A stretch of DNA of 64,000 nucleotides from Cyanobacteriota bacterium (GCA_033764955.1 JANRIL010000038.1:117194-181193); one strand, 5' to 3'; shown: positions 1 to 10,113, counted from the stretch's first letter. Numbers and translations: made by a program. Notes: generated by a model from the letters alone, not told the origin.

Positions 1-2591
1 TAGGCGGAAATCCCAATATTTTTATTCTCAATTTCCAGCAAAGAATATCCTACATAGTTCTCAACAAGATGAGCAGCCTGTTCGTATTGACCAAGCCAGA
101 CTTGTGCAGCTTTGAATGGAAACACAAACGGTTCTGCCTGCCCAGCCACTACTGGCAGTGGGGTATTTTCCGGTATAAACTGCCATGCATAATGAAATGT
201 ATAGGATCCCTGGCATTGAGCATCTGGAGTCGGTAGGCTTGGCCCCGCTTGCACCCGACGAATCCGTCCCCCCTCACGGGAAATGACACCAACACAGCGA
301 AGCAAAGTGAGGGCACAAAAGTCCTGATCTGGGATCCCAACGTTCAAACCTGGCATCCATTCATATTCATATAACCCCTGATGAGCAATTAAAACATGGC
401 CATTATTTTCCGTTTTAGCCAATAACCATGTTTGACTAAATTGGGTTGAATAGGGTAGCTCTCCGGGATATTTTTGATAGCGATCCGGATAGTCTTCTGG
501 TTGTAAAGTGATGGGTCGAAAACGCTCCTGGTTACCCCAATGGCTGCTGGCATGAATTTTTTCTGTACTTTTGTCTAGGGGGAGTAAAACTCGTAACCGA
601 TGATCTTTGCTTTGATTGTTAATCTCAGTGATAAACTCAATAAAGTCATTGGTTTCGCTCAGAATAACATCTGTTTTGATCTGAATGGGAGTAGATAGAG
701 GTTGCCAAACTAGCTGCAAAGACAACTGAATTCGTAGTCTAGATCTACCAAATTCAATGAAAGATTGTATTTCCTCTGCTTGCTTTTTGCCAGTTGTTTG
801 AGGAGGGATGTGAGGATCTGAACTAAAACTATAGAGATCCCCCTTGTCAGGCTGGTCTTCAAAAATTAGGCCGTGATGCCAGGTTCGCCCAGTTAGTTTA
901 TGATAAATCTTGAGGCTTCCGTTTAACTCCGCCTCAATCCGATAAGTTTGGTTTTCAATAAAATTCTTAGTAGTATTTTTTATAGGCGAAGAATGACTGA
1001 AGAGTAAAGGGATCCCCTGATCGGCTACTCTACGAAGAACGTAGAATCCTATACCAAGTGGTAATAAGTTTGCCACAAATGATAGCCCCCAAAGGGATCC
1101 CTGTATATAAGTGAGATAGCGGGCATCAAAATGATCATCTGCTTTTTGGGTGATTGAGAACGGAATGGATTTTCCTGCTGGATCTATTAACTCAAAATAT
1201 TCACTTTGAGAGGTATCCCTATCAATACCAGAGCTAGATTGCTGGTTAGATTCGGCTCTTGGCCACACAATCTCGATATCGACAAGCTGATTGAGAGCTT
1301 GTGGATGTGGATTAAAAACAGCAATGATGGATTGAAATGAATCCGTATAATTCATTAAACCTGCCCGTAAGGCAAGCTGTTGAAAGGCTTCTGAAATAAC
1401 CGATTCCGCTATAGTTTGAGCCTGTCGAAAGTGATAGCGATTATCGTCATGGACACTATCTAAACTACATCCACAAATGTCATCATGGGGGTGGCACAGT
1501 AAAAGATGCCTCCAGGCTAGATCTAAATGACTAACCCAAGGGATCCCTTGCTGATTTAGAGCCGCCACAAGGGGTTCTGCATACTTTTCTAGAAGTGCCT
1601 GAATGTGGTGATTATGAAGTTTGAGATCCATACGGGATGACCACACACCCGATAACACCGGATGATGAAGGTTTCCCACTAATTCACCTTGATATACAGA
1701 CAAATCAGATGCCCTTTCTATCATTAAACTAACAGCTTTTTCATAGGAACCGTGAACAAGATTTAATGTCACAGGCAACTGATGATCTCCCCGTTCAGCT
1801 TGTGAAAGATTCTGATTTATCGGTCTTTTTTGAAGATCTCCAATCATACTTGGAATTGCCGCTTGAATAGGCATGTGATCTCCGCCATTGCATAAAAGGA
1901 TGACTCCTGTTCGGCTATGTATGCTGAGTTGTTCTACTGCCTGTTGAAGTTGCTCGGCTGCCATCTCTAAATCGGGTGAAAAACCTCTAAATTGACCAAA
2001 GCGATGAGGCTGCCCCCAGCCCGATAGATTATCATAGCCACCTCGCAAATAAACGGCCAAAACACGACTGCCATCCGCAGATTCCCACCAAAATTCATTT
2101 CCTGCACTCCTAAAAAGAGCTTCGGAAACTCCGCGCATAAAAATGAATGAGCGCAACCCAAATCCCTGCAAAATCTGAGGCATTACAGCAATATGTCCGA
2201 ACGAGTCAGGCATATAGCCATCCTGACAGGATCCCCCTAATGATTTTACTAAACGGATCCCGCGCTGAATATTACGGATTAAGGCTTCTCCACTCACCAG
2301 AAACTCATCGGGTAAAACAAAAAAAGGACCGATTTGCAAACGCCTCAGTTCCACCATCTTTTGAATATCCGACCATCTTTCGGGGCGAACCTCTCGATAG
2401 TCTTCCAAAATTATAGTTTGCCCATCCAGTGTGAATGAAGCAAAGTCGGGTTGTGTTTGTAAAATATCTAAAATATTGTCAATCAGAGCGATCAAATGCA
2501 ATCGATATCCCTCAAAAGGTAAATACCAGGCTCGATCCCAGTGGGTATGACTAACCAATACACCGTGCAACAACCGATCACGATTCTTCAC
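1..2591 (-). CDS. Glycoside hydrolase family 38 alpha-mannosidase (MngB / mannosylglycerate hydrolase-like), 3' end runs off window edge
   Basis: Not in ORF track. Manual translation from GTG at 2591 gives VSHTHWDRAWY, TLDGQTIILEDY, LPDEFLVSGEALIRN, GYMPDSFGH, CHPHDDICGCS and LTLLRCVG...PTPDAQCQG in the same frame at every segment checked, down to position 1. Confidence 0.9.
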   Translation of the reverse strand, partial: MKNRDRLLHGVLVSHTHWDRAWYLPFEGYRLHLIALIDNILDILQTQPDFASFTLDGQTIILEDYREVRPERWSDIQKMVELRRLQIGPFFVLPDEFLVSGEALIRNIQRGIRLVKSLGGSCQDGYMPDSFGHIAVMPQILQGFGLRSFIFMRGVSEALFRSAGNEFWWESADGSRVLAVYLRGGYDNLSGWGQPHRFGQFRGFSPDLEMAAEQLQQAVEQLSIHSRTGVILLCNGGDHMPIQAAIPSMIGDLQKRPINQNLSQAERGDHQLPVTLNLVHGSYEKAVSLMIERASDLSVYQGELVGNLHHPVLSGVWSSRMDLKLHNHHIQALLEKYAEPLVAALNQQGIPWVSHLDLAWRHLLLCHPHDDICGCSLDSVHDDNRYHFRQAQTIAESVISEAFQQLALRAGLMNYTDSFQSIIAVFNPHPQALNQLVDIEIVWPRAESNQQSSSGIDRDTSQSEYFELIDPAGKSIPFSITQKADDHFDARYLTYIQGSLWGLSFVANLLPLGIGFYVLRRVADQGIPLLFSHSSPIKNTTKNFIENQTYRIEAELNGSLKIYHKLTGRTWHHGLIFEDQPDKGDLYSFSSDPHIPPQTTGKKQAEEIQSFIEFGRSRLRIQLSLQLVWQPLSTPIQIKTDVILSETNDFIEFITEINNQSKDHRLRVLLPLDKSTEKIHASSHWGNQERFRPITLQPEDYPDRYQKYPGELPYSTQFSQTWLLAKTENNGHVLIAHQGLYEYEWMPGLNVGIPDQDFCALTLLRCVGVISREGGRIRRVQAGPSLPTPDAQCQGSYTFHYAWQFIPENTPLPVVAGQAEPFVFPFKAAQVWLGQYEQAAHLVENYVGYSLLEIENKNIGISA

Positions 2592-2763
2592 TGTATTACT
2601 CTCTTCAACAGATTAATAACTAAGCGTAGTCAATGTATCATGGAAATTTCTTCCTTAGTCATAAAGTTCTTAAGTTTTCAATAATCTCATTTTGAGACAC
2701 TTCTGCTACTCAATAGGACATTTAAGCTAATGCATTACCGAACTTCTAAAGTATACAAGAGGC

Positions 2764-2991
2764 TTAATTTTTATTTCGATATTGAGCATCTTTTATAAAA
2801 AGGCAAGATCCTATTGTAAATAAGCAACAGCCCACCAGGTAGAATAAGGTACTAGGTGACCATTCAGCTCGGAGGCTAAGTCCTGCATCTAAAGTAAAGA
2901 GCAAACAGCCCAGTAAAAAAAGCCAGCTCCCGGTCAGATAAAAATTGCAATATTTCATTAGATTGTTCTTCTGGATAGAGTTTCGCAACAA
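2764..2991 (-). CDS. Small two-TM membrane protein (YrhK-like)
   Basis: Two hydrophobic helices with repeated GSxLFxxG pattern; start may be ATG 2958. Confidence 0.55.
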   Translation of the reverse strand: MLRNSIQKNNLMKYCNFYLTGSWLFLLGCLLFTLDAGLSLRAEWSPSTLFYLVGCCLFTIGSCLFIKDAQYRNKN

Positions 2992-3058
2992 ATGTACTCT
3001 ATCATCAGTCTTGGCTGCTAAACTAGGTCGAGATGGCTAGACATTTCATCGAACGGCT

Positions 3059-3568
3059 ATGAATCTTACGACCTTACGAAAAATTTCCTTTGGCTTGTGC
3101 CTAACTCTGCTCCTTTTCCTTGCCAGTTGCTCAGCAAAGGCTCCTTCTCGTTTTGAGCAAGCTCAGCAAGATAGCACACAAAACAAAGTTAGTGCAGTTG
3201 CTCCAAAAGCTGAACAGGGTGGCCAATTCAACCCGTTCTTTCCACCCTCTCAATTTGGCTATGAGCGAGTTTTTGTTCAGGAAAAGCAAGGATTTGCCGA
3301 AGCCAAACTAAAACGAGATGGCAAAGATGTAGCAATGCTATCCATTTCTGATACGATTAGCTTGCCTTCGGCAGCTCAGAAATATCAAGGTAGCGCAACA
3401 TTTATTGCAGGTTATCCCACCCTAGAAATTGGTTCTACACAGACTGGTATTCTTGTGGCTGAACGATATCAAATCAAAGCTATTTCACGAGATCCTTCAT
3501 TTGGTCAAGCTGAGCGCCAAGCTTGGATTCAGCGGTTCGATTTAGAGGGATTAGCTCAACTGAAATAA
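3059..3568 (+). CDS. Conserved hypothetical lipoprotein
   Basis: Signal peptide with lipobox LASC; 169 aa. Confidence 0.7.
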   Translation: MNLTTLRKISFGLCLTLLLFLASCSAKAPSRFEQAQQDSTQNKVSAVAPKAEQGGQFNPFFPPSQFGYERVFVQEKQGFAEAKLKRDGKDVAMLSISDTISLPSAAQKYQGSATFIAGYPTLEIGSTQTGILVAERYQIKAISRDPSFGQAERQAWIQRFDLEGLAQLK

Positions 3569-3616
3569 GTTACTAATTTCAGATCTTTTATCAATCTAAT
3601 ACGGAATAGGAGATGA

Positions 3617-4507
3617 TTGGTGAGTAAACCAATTTATGAGCTGGTGGATGAATTGCCTACAGGTGGTATCACGGTAATGGCACTTCGCTCCCTAGATTTT
3701 GTTATGCCTGGCGAATGGAAAAATCTGACTGGATTTACCCACACCATCCGAGTAATTACAGGCGAATCGGATGAATCACTTATTCAGAAAATTGGGGAAA
3801 GAGCCGTTTATTTGTATAACGATAAATCCCAAGGCTATCAACGGGCACTATGGCTATATCAAACGGTGGATAGTGCAGCCGGAGCTTTAGGTACGGCTGC
3901 GATGGCTAATCGAATTGGTCAAGATGTTTCGTTCTTAGGATTTTTGAGTCACCTCACCCCCAAACCTGAAAAAGCCCAAACTATTGATCTTTGTGTCAAG
4001 TTAGTAGTTGAGTTGGTAGCTTTCTGCCAGATTAACGGGATCCCTGGTGATAGCATTGGTGATTTTTTAGGAGCACTAGCAGATTATAGCGGCGAGTCAT
4101 TGCTGCGAATGGCGGCGTTAGTTTGTTTTGACGGTGTTCTTCCCCTGGGGGCTGATTTTATCCTGAAGGGGCTATCTACTCTAGACAAATTAACTCCTGC
4201 TGAGTTGGAAGGCAATCAAACCTTTAAGGGGGTTAAATCCCTTATTCCAGGGGGCAACACTAAGGGGCAACTGGCCTTTATTCAACAAAGTTTTGATTCG
4301 ACACAAAAATGGATGAGTGAATTGGTCAATGCTCACCAACTCACCTCCGAAAAAGTCAGTTCTCAACTCCAAAATTTCGTGGAAATCTCCAAAGACAAGT
4401 TAGATTATTTGGGAGCCTTTTTAGATATAGCTGTTAAGTACTACACTCATACGGGCACACAAACCCTAGCTCGCCGACTGATTGAACGGGCTACTGCTGA
4501 AATTTAG
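3617..4507 (+). CDS. Conserved hypothetical protein (helical), probably co-transcribed with upstream lipoprotein
   Basis: 296-aa ORF, AGGAG RBS upstream, 48-bp gap to previous gene. Confidence 0.75.
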   Translation: MVSKPIYELVDELPTGGITVMALRSLDFVMPGEWKNLTGFTHTIRVITGESDESLIQKIGERAVYLYNDKSQGYQRALWLYQTVDSAAGALGTAAMANRIGQDVSFLGFLSHLTPKPEKAQTIDLCVKLVVELVAFCQINGIPGDSIGDFLGALADYSGESLLRMAALVCFDGVLPLGADFILKGLSTLDKLTPAELEGNQTFKGVKSLIPGGNTKGQLAFIQQSFDSTQKWMSELVNAHQLTSEKVSSQLQNFVEISKDKLDYLGAFLDIAVKYYTHTGTQTLARRLIERATAEI

Positions 4508-4542
4508 GCAAGATGTAAGATGTAGCTCTTTCGTCATTTACC

Positions 4543-5653
4543 TACAGCACCCCTAAAAGAATCATAAGATATTTTATAATATCTAGACCGAGACAATAAA
4601 GAAGATATGAAGCTAATTGAGGAACTCGCTCAGTTTATCGCCAGCAACCCAGACCCACGGGAGTTAAAACGCGCCTTGGCTATCAAAATGACTTTACAAG
4701 GCTATACTCATGCCGAGATCATGAACTTACTCCAGGTCTCATCAGGGTTTATTAGCAAATGGAAGCTCATCTTTATTGATAAAGGATTACCAGGACTCAC
4801 TTTGGGTTATCGAGGATTGAAGCCCTATCTTTCGGCTGAACAAAGACAGAGTGTGATTGAGTGGATTAAACAACAAAAGAACTGTAACCCTTCTCTACTT
4901 GAACACTATATTGATCAAGCGTATGAAGTCACCTTTGCTTCTAGCCAAAGTTACTATACTTTACTTCACGAAGCTGGATTGAGTTGGAAGAAAGTCCAAA
5001 AGACTAATCCTCAAAAGGATCTAGAAGCCGTCACCTCAAAAAAAAAGAGATTAGCCAAAAGTTAGGGGAATGGAAAAAGCTGATGGAATCCGGAAAACTA
5101 ACGGTTTTTATGGTTGATGAGTGCCATCTATTATGGGGAGATATTTATGGATATGGCTGGGGGAAAACAGAACAAAGATTAGAGACATCAGTCAAAAGCT
5201 TCCGTGAGAAACAAAGCTATTTTGGTGCTCTTGATTACGAAAGACGAGAATTTCTACTTCAGGCATTTTGTAGTGCGGACTCAGAATCGACCGTAGCTTT
5301 TATTGAATACTTGAGAGCACAGAGGCCTGGACAGCGAATAGTCATTATTTGGGATGGAGTTAGCTATCATCGGTCTCAAGTCATCAGAGACTATCTCCAA
5401 AAGATCAATGCAGGGTTGGAAGCTAATGAATGGGCTGTAACTTGTCTATTGTTTTCTCCGTATGCACCTGAGCAAAATCCGGTAGAAGATATTTGGTTGC
5501 AAGGAAAGCGATTTATCCGTTGGTTTTACCATACTTGTCGATCCTTTAAGGTCGTTAAGCATCTCTTTGAATGGATCTTACATCATCAGATATTTGATTT
5601 CCCTAAGCTCTATGAGTATTGGCTTCCCTCTTAAGTCTTTTAGCTTTGCTGTA
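4543..5653 (+). mobile_element. IS630-family insertion sequence with duplicated TA target
   Basis: Left end TA-CAGCACCCCTAAAAGA; right end reverse complement TA-CAGCAAAGCTAAAAGA; flanks restore a C-TA-G site; encloses a split transposase. Confidence 0.9.
4607..5634 (+). CDS. IS630 transposase: orfA (HTH, 4607-5065) and orfB (DDE, ends 5634), likely joined by -1 frameshift
   Basis: orfB has the DDE triad MVDECH / IWDGVSYH / NPVEDIW; A9G run at 5038-5047 lies where the frames overlap; orfB is -1 relative to orfA. Confidence 0.88.
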
Positions 5654-5699
5654 GTACATCAATAGATGGTAGTCCTATTGACATAATGGCTATGAAACA

Positions 5700-6041
5700 T
5701 TAGGTTGTGGGTTCATTTACCTGAGAGGATTGAACCTTGAGGCGGTTGCTTACCCGCTCTTGCAGACGTTTTTCCATACGATTTTCTAACCGAGTCAGGG
5801 CAACGGCACCCGCCACAACCCCCAGTTGCAGAGCCAAACTGGGTAAAGAAACATCGAGTTCCCGTCCTGCCAAAACCCTCATTAAAAAAACGGCTCCCCC
5901 CAACGCTCCTGAGGCTCCTACCGCCAGATAAATAAACTTGCGTAACCCACGATAGGGAGAGGCTAACTCACTCATCAAGCGAACTCGATCCTGCGACGAC
6001 AATTTTGGATCCCCTGAGGATTGGGGTGGAGAGTTAGGCAT
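5700..6041 (-). CDS. DUF3493 (LPA1-like) membrane protein
   Basis: RLMSELASPYRGLRKFIYLAVGASG motif plus two TM helices. Confidence 0.75.
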   Translation of the reverse strand: MPNSPPQSSGDPKLSSQDRVRLMSELASPYRGLRKFIYLAVGASGALGGAVFLMRVLAGRELDVSLPSLALQLGVVAGAVALTRLENRMEKRLQERVSNRLKVQSSQVNEPTT

Positions 6042-6099
6042 CACGAAATCACCTAAAGTCAATAGATTGTATGGATCCCTATTCTCCTACATCAGGGTT

Positions 6100-7482
6100 T
6101 CAGGCATCCAAAATCAGTGATGAAGACTTGGGTTTGGCTAAACATAATAAAATACACCCTGGATCCGGATCCCCTGTGGGCGGCTGCTCATAAACCACTT
6201 CTCCCATCTGAAGGGGGCACATACAGGTGAGGCAAATACCCGCTCGACACCCAAAAGGATGATCTAGGTGATGCGCTTCGGCAAACTCTAAAAGATTGGC
6301 GTATGCTGGATCCCAGGTTAAGGTTTGTCTCGAACGAGCGAAGGTAATCTGTGAGGTTGAGGGGGAGATATCCTGTTCAGAATTGAGTCCGATAGACCTA
6401 GTAGGACGAGGTTTGCTAAAGGATTCAAAATGCATACGAGCATCGGGGATCCCACGAATTTTGAGACCAGCTCGAATAGACTCCATAAAAGTGGGGGATC
6501 CACATAGAAAATACTCTGCTTGATCAGCATCCGATAACCGTCTCAATTCCGGATCTACGACCTGGTGAATAAATTCAATATCCACATATCCTGAACTGTG
6601 GAAATTACCTTCATCTTCCGGTTGGGGCTGACTATAGCGAATCAATAGGCGCAGGTGAGGGTTTTGGAGAGCAAGGTTATTCATTTCTTGGTGAAAAGCA
6701 TGATTCTCGCCATTCCTCGCCCCATGCAAGAACCAAATGGGTCGGTTGGGCTGGTGGATAGAACTGGCTTTTGCCATGCTAATCATTGGTGTGATGCCAA
6801 CACCGTTGCTAATTAAAATAATGGGGCTGGATGCTGTTAAATCTAAGACAAATTTACCACTGGGTGGCTTAATCAACAAATGAGAACCTTCCCCCATATG
6901 ATCATGTAAAAAATTCGAGGCAATTCCGGCGGGAAAATCGGATCCCTGCGGAGATAGCTCCCGTTTGATAGACAGCCGATAGTAGTCGGTAGTAGCCGAA
7001 TAATCTGATAACGAATACGTCCGAATAATTGGTTTTTCTTGGCCAGGAATATCCAGTTGAAGCGTCAAAAATTGTCCCGGTTGAAAGGGAGGAAGACTTC
7101 CCTGATCGGTAGGTTTAAGATAAAAAGAGGTGATGCCTACACTCTCAGAGACCTTACGAACCACAACAAATTCTCGCCAATTTTTCCAGGGATCCTTTTT
7201 TTCTTCAGAAAGTGAGGATAACTCATTCTGCTGATGGGAAGCCGATGCGGGATCCATCTTTGATGAGATAGGGGATAATCTGGCTTGCAATAACCCATAC
7301 CCTGCCCCTATGACGGCACTTGCTAGGGAAGCATAAACAACAGTGCGATAGGCATTGGCAGACTCAAGTTTACCCACTGTCAAGCCTAATCCGGCTATCA
7401 AAGTTATGGAAGCACTCCATAAACCCGCCGTCGCTAAACTTCGCCATAGCGGCTGACTCATCGCAAATAATGGAGTGGGCAT
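6100..7482 (-). CDS. FAD/NAD(P)-binding oxidoreductase with C-terminal 2Fe-2S ferredoxin domain and N-terminal membrane anchor
   Basis: RTYSLS, GIASNFLH, NGVGITPM, FLCGS, HFESF (FNR superfamily); CRAGICLTC...C ferredoxin motif; two N-terminal hydrophobic helices. Confidence 0.88.
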   Translation of the reverse strand: MPTPLFAMSQPLWRSLATAGLWSASITLIAGLGLTVGKLESANAYRTVVYASLASAVIGAGYGLLQARLSPISSKMDPASASHQQNELSSLSEEKKDPWKNWREFVVVRKVSESVGITSFYLKPTDQGSLPPFQPGQFLTLQLDIPGQEKPIIRTYSLSDYSATTDYYRLSIKRELSPQGSDFPAGIASNFLHDHMGEGSHLLIKPPSGKFVLDLTASSPIILISNGVGITPMISMAKASSIHQPNRPIWFLHGARNGENHAFHQEMNNLALQNPHLRLLIRYSQPQPEDEGNFHSSGYVDIEFIHQVVDPELRRLSDADQAEYFLCGSPTFMESIRAGLKIRGIPDARMHFESFSKPRPTRSIGLNSEQDISPSTSQITFARSRQTLTWDPAYANLLEFAEAHHLDHPFGCRAGICLTCMCPLQMGEVVYEQPPTGDPDPGCILLCLAKPKSSSLILDA

Positions 7483-7553
7483 AATCGGGATCCCTTTCTA
7501 TTTTTAGATTTGTTTTCGATGTGATCTATGTGATCTATATGATCGCTAGGTTT

Positions 7554-8312
7554 TCAGAAATTCCTGGTCGAAATACTCCAGCCTGTTGAGGTAGGAAGTG
7601 AGCTTTGGATTGTGCCACAAGTTTTTTGCACATAATCGCACTGATAAATATAGGGTTCTTGCCAAGCTAGAGGAATTTCTAATAAATCGCGTACTCCCGT
7701 TAATCCCTGCATAATGAACAGGAATAAAGCTATGGAATTAGCAGCAATATGAACTCTTCGCCAAGTTTGTGATTTATCTTGATAGATTTCTGGTAGAATC
7801 GCCATCGAAAAAATCATCAGAAGTGTGGCCGTGATTCCCGAATAAAAATGAGACACATACCACTCGGAATCTCGATGAAAAACACCGTCCTGCCATCCCA
7901 AAATTAAAACTCCGGCGGCGGTGAGCACGGCTAAAAAATAACGCCAACCTCGTTGAATCGGTTTAGCCCTATTCAAAAATAATAGGGAGAGCAAGGTTAA
8001 CCCATAGACAAGTCCAACAAATATGACCTGATAAGGGCTACTCGACCATATATTTTCATGAATAATATGTTTGATGATGGGATGAGCAAACCCTAACAAA
8101 CATAACCCAACCACCCCATTGGTAAGCATCCGCCCCAAACGCACGTGATCAGCCCCTACCTGGGGGGGGATTTTACTTTTAGCCCCGACCAGAGCTTCTA
8201 GGCGACGTTGACGAGTTTGCCAAGCAAAATAACTGACGATTCCAATTAGAGGCAATACAACGGTAGCTGCCAAAGCAGGATGAGTTAAACGCAACAGATC
8301 TGTCAGTTCCAT
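7554..8312 (-). CDS. DUF4079 family polytopic membrane protein
   Basis: LTHP...AWQTRQRR...HVRLG...SHFYSG...WRRVHIAAN...QGLTGVRDLLEIP pattern. Confidence 0.8.
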   Translation of the reverse strand: MELTDLLRLTHPALAATVVLPLIGIVSYFAWQTRQRRLEALVGAKSKIPPQVGADHVRLGRMLTNGVVGLCLLGFAHPIIKHIIHENIWSSSPYQVIFVGLVYGLTLLSLLFLNRAKPIQRGWRYFLAVLTAAGVLILGWQDGVFHRDSEWYVSHFYSGITATLLMIFSMAILPEIYQDKSQTWRRVHIAANSIALFLFIMQGLTGVRDLLEIPLAWQEPYIYQCDYVQKTCGTIQSSLPTSTGWSISTRNF

Positions 8313-8521
8313 AATGCTCCTCCTGAGCTAAGATCCCGAGCTAAAAGCTCTACAGGCATTGAGACCATTTCGCTATGAACTATAGCCCGTGATCCATTCG
8401 CTAGGATCTAAATGTAGGTCAGTGTAGCAAAAACTTTTCTCTCAAGCAGTAGAAAAAACACCTCATGCTTGCCCACCATTTGATTCCTCTGACGACCATA
8501 TAGTTAAGCTTTCCTAAAGAC

Positions 8522-9097
8522 TTACTGGGGAATAATATCCACTTCCTGTATGCCCAATTCCCTCAGATCCTCGGCTCGCAGATGGGCATCTCCCGCCATC
8601 AGAAATTCGTCTAATTGTGGGGGGGACACCTCCGTACTGGAAAGCATGGCATGAGCTTGGCCACGGTGATGGATTTGATGGACTAATAAATGGGAAAGGG
8701 TTCGATCCACTCGATCCCACAAAATCCCCCGTTGTCCCCGATCAAAAGCAATGGGTTGAGCTAAGTCTTGCGGGGTGAGATGATCACAAAAATGAATGAG
8801 CCGCTGATCCGTTTGAGCTTGGGCTTCTGCTAAAGCTTGACAGGTATCATAGGGAGTTTCATTTTGAAAAATCCCTTGTCCTAAGCCACCCCCTTCCAGG
8901 GCATCCAAGTAATACCAATCCACCACCAAAATATGATTGAGTGTCAGCAGGAGTGAGGGAAAAAAGCCAACACGGGATCCCGCAAATTCTACTGGACTAA
9001 GCTGTTGACAAGCGCGATAAATTCGGTAATTTGACCAACGATTGTGGCGAGCCATAATCCGAAAATGACCCACTAAACCTATATTCTCACTGTGCAT
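8522..9097 (-). CDS. DinB family protein
   Basis: ARHNRWSN, TLNHILVVD, HLLVHQIHHRGQ metal-binding His motifs; likely start ATG 9097. Confidence 0.88.
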   Translation of the reverse strand: MHSENIGLVGHFRIMARHNRWSNYRIYRACQQLSPVEFAGSRVGFFPSLLLTLNHILVVDWYYLDALEGGGLGQGIFQNETPYDTCQALAEAQAQTDQRLIHFCDHLTPQDLAQPIAFDRGQRGILWDRVDRTLSHLLVHQIHHRGQAHAMLSSTEVSPPQLDEFLMAGDAHLRAEDLRELGIQEVDIIPQ

Positions 9098-9153
9098 AAG
9101 GTGTATTGCTTGGGGGTGATCGGGTGTTGCCCAGCCAGCCAGAATCAAGAGGG

Positions 9154-9411
9154 TCAAAGGGATCCCTGCACCCGTTGCCACTGATCGGGAGCATAGGTTT
9201 TGAGAGAGAGGGCGTGCAGTTGACCACTATCCAGTTGGGCTTTCAGAGCCTCGTTAATCAGACGATGCTGCTGAATCATACTTAGTCCAGCAAAAGCTTC
9301 CGCCACGACAATCGCCTGAAAGTGGTTGCCATCCCCCACCATGTCCTGTACTTGCACTTGGGATCCCGGCAAGGCACGCTGGATCAGTTGACGAATCTCT
9401 TCCGTCTGCAT
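9154..9411 (-). CDS. bolA: BolA family protein
   Basis: GDGNHFQAIVV, FAGLSMIQQHRLI, LHALSLKT. Confidence 0.92.
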   Translation of the reverse strand: MQTEEIRQLIQRALPGSQVQVQDMVGDGNHFQAIVVAEAFAGLSMIQQHRLINEALKAQLDSGQLHALSLKTYAPDQWQRVQGSL

Positions 9412-9495
9412 AAACCCTCCACATAACCACCCACGATTATCAGCATAAACTGCTAAGGTTGAGGCGATAGTTAGCCTATTTGGGAATCAACATCG

Positions 9496-10014
9496 GTGGA
9501 GGATCCAAAAAAAGAACTATGGTTGGCAGGGATCCCCACCCTAGCGGTTCCCCCGGCTGAATTCCGCCGACTGCCTGCGGCTGCCCTTGCCTATCTGGGA
9601 GATGCCATTTACGAACTCTACATCCGGCAATCCTATTTGCTGCCACCCCAACGCATCACCCTTTATCATCAGCAGGTGGTGCAGCGGGTGCGTGGATCTA
9701 CTCAAGCCGAAACATTGCAAGCCTTGCTCCCCCACTTAACCCCTCAGGAAGCATCCATTGTGCGCTGGGGAGAAAATGGGGCGGGTCAGCCCCCCAAAAA
9801 TTTGGATCCCGATCGCTATCGGCAAGCCAGTGGGTTTGAGACCTTGCTGGGCTATCTCTATCTTCAGGATCCAAGGCGATTGGGGGAGGTTCTTGCCCTT
9901 GCGGATCAGTATTTTGCTCTCGATACCCCCCCTAACCATTGCAGAGGAGCATCCCCCACAACCGTTAGCGGTGAGGGAGGGGCGAACCAGCCAGATAGTC
10001 TGGGCAAAATCTGA
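9496..10014 (+). CDS. mrnC: Mini-ribonuclease III
   Basis: LAYLGDAIYELYIR signature, YRQASGFETLLGYLYL, no dsRBD; directly upstream of rlmB. Confidence 0.9.
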   Translation: MEDPKKELWLAGIPTLAVPPAEFRRLPAAALAYLGDAIYELYIRQSYLLPPQRITLYHQQVVQRVRGSTQAETLQALLPHLTPQEASIVRWGENGAGQPPKNLDPDRYRQASGFETLLGYLYLQDPRRLGEVLALADQYFALDTPPNHCRGASPTTVSGEGGANQPDSLGKI

Positions 10015-10113
10015 TTTCTTTCCAGGATTTTCCCCTCTTTTGTCTGGTTTCAGGCTAGTTTTGTCCTCTCCTCTGTCGTGCTTGGCCACTCTCGTTTGGA
10101 TGGTGCTTTGGTT

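Noticed and set aside
149..2416. Short ORFs 149-340, 1967-2161 and 2147-2416 in the track
   Set aside because: They lie within the long GH38 reading frame, in alternative frames or antisense
7516..7544. ATGTGATCT-like 9-bp unit repeated about three times
   Set aside because: Too short and degenerate; likely slippage with no supportable function
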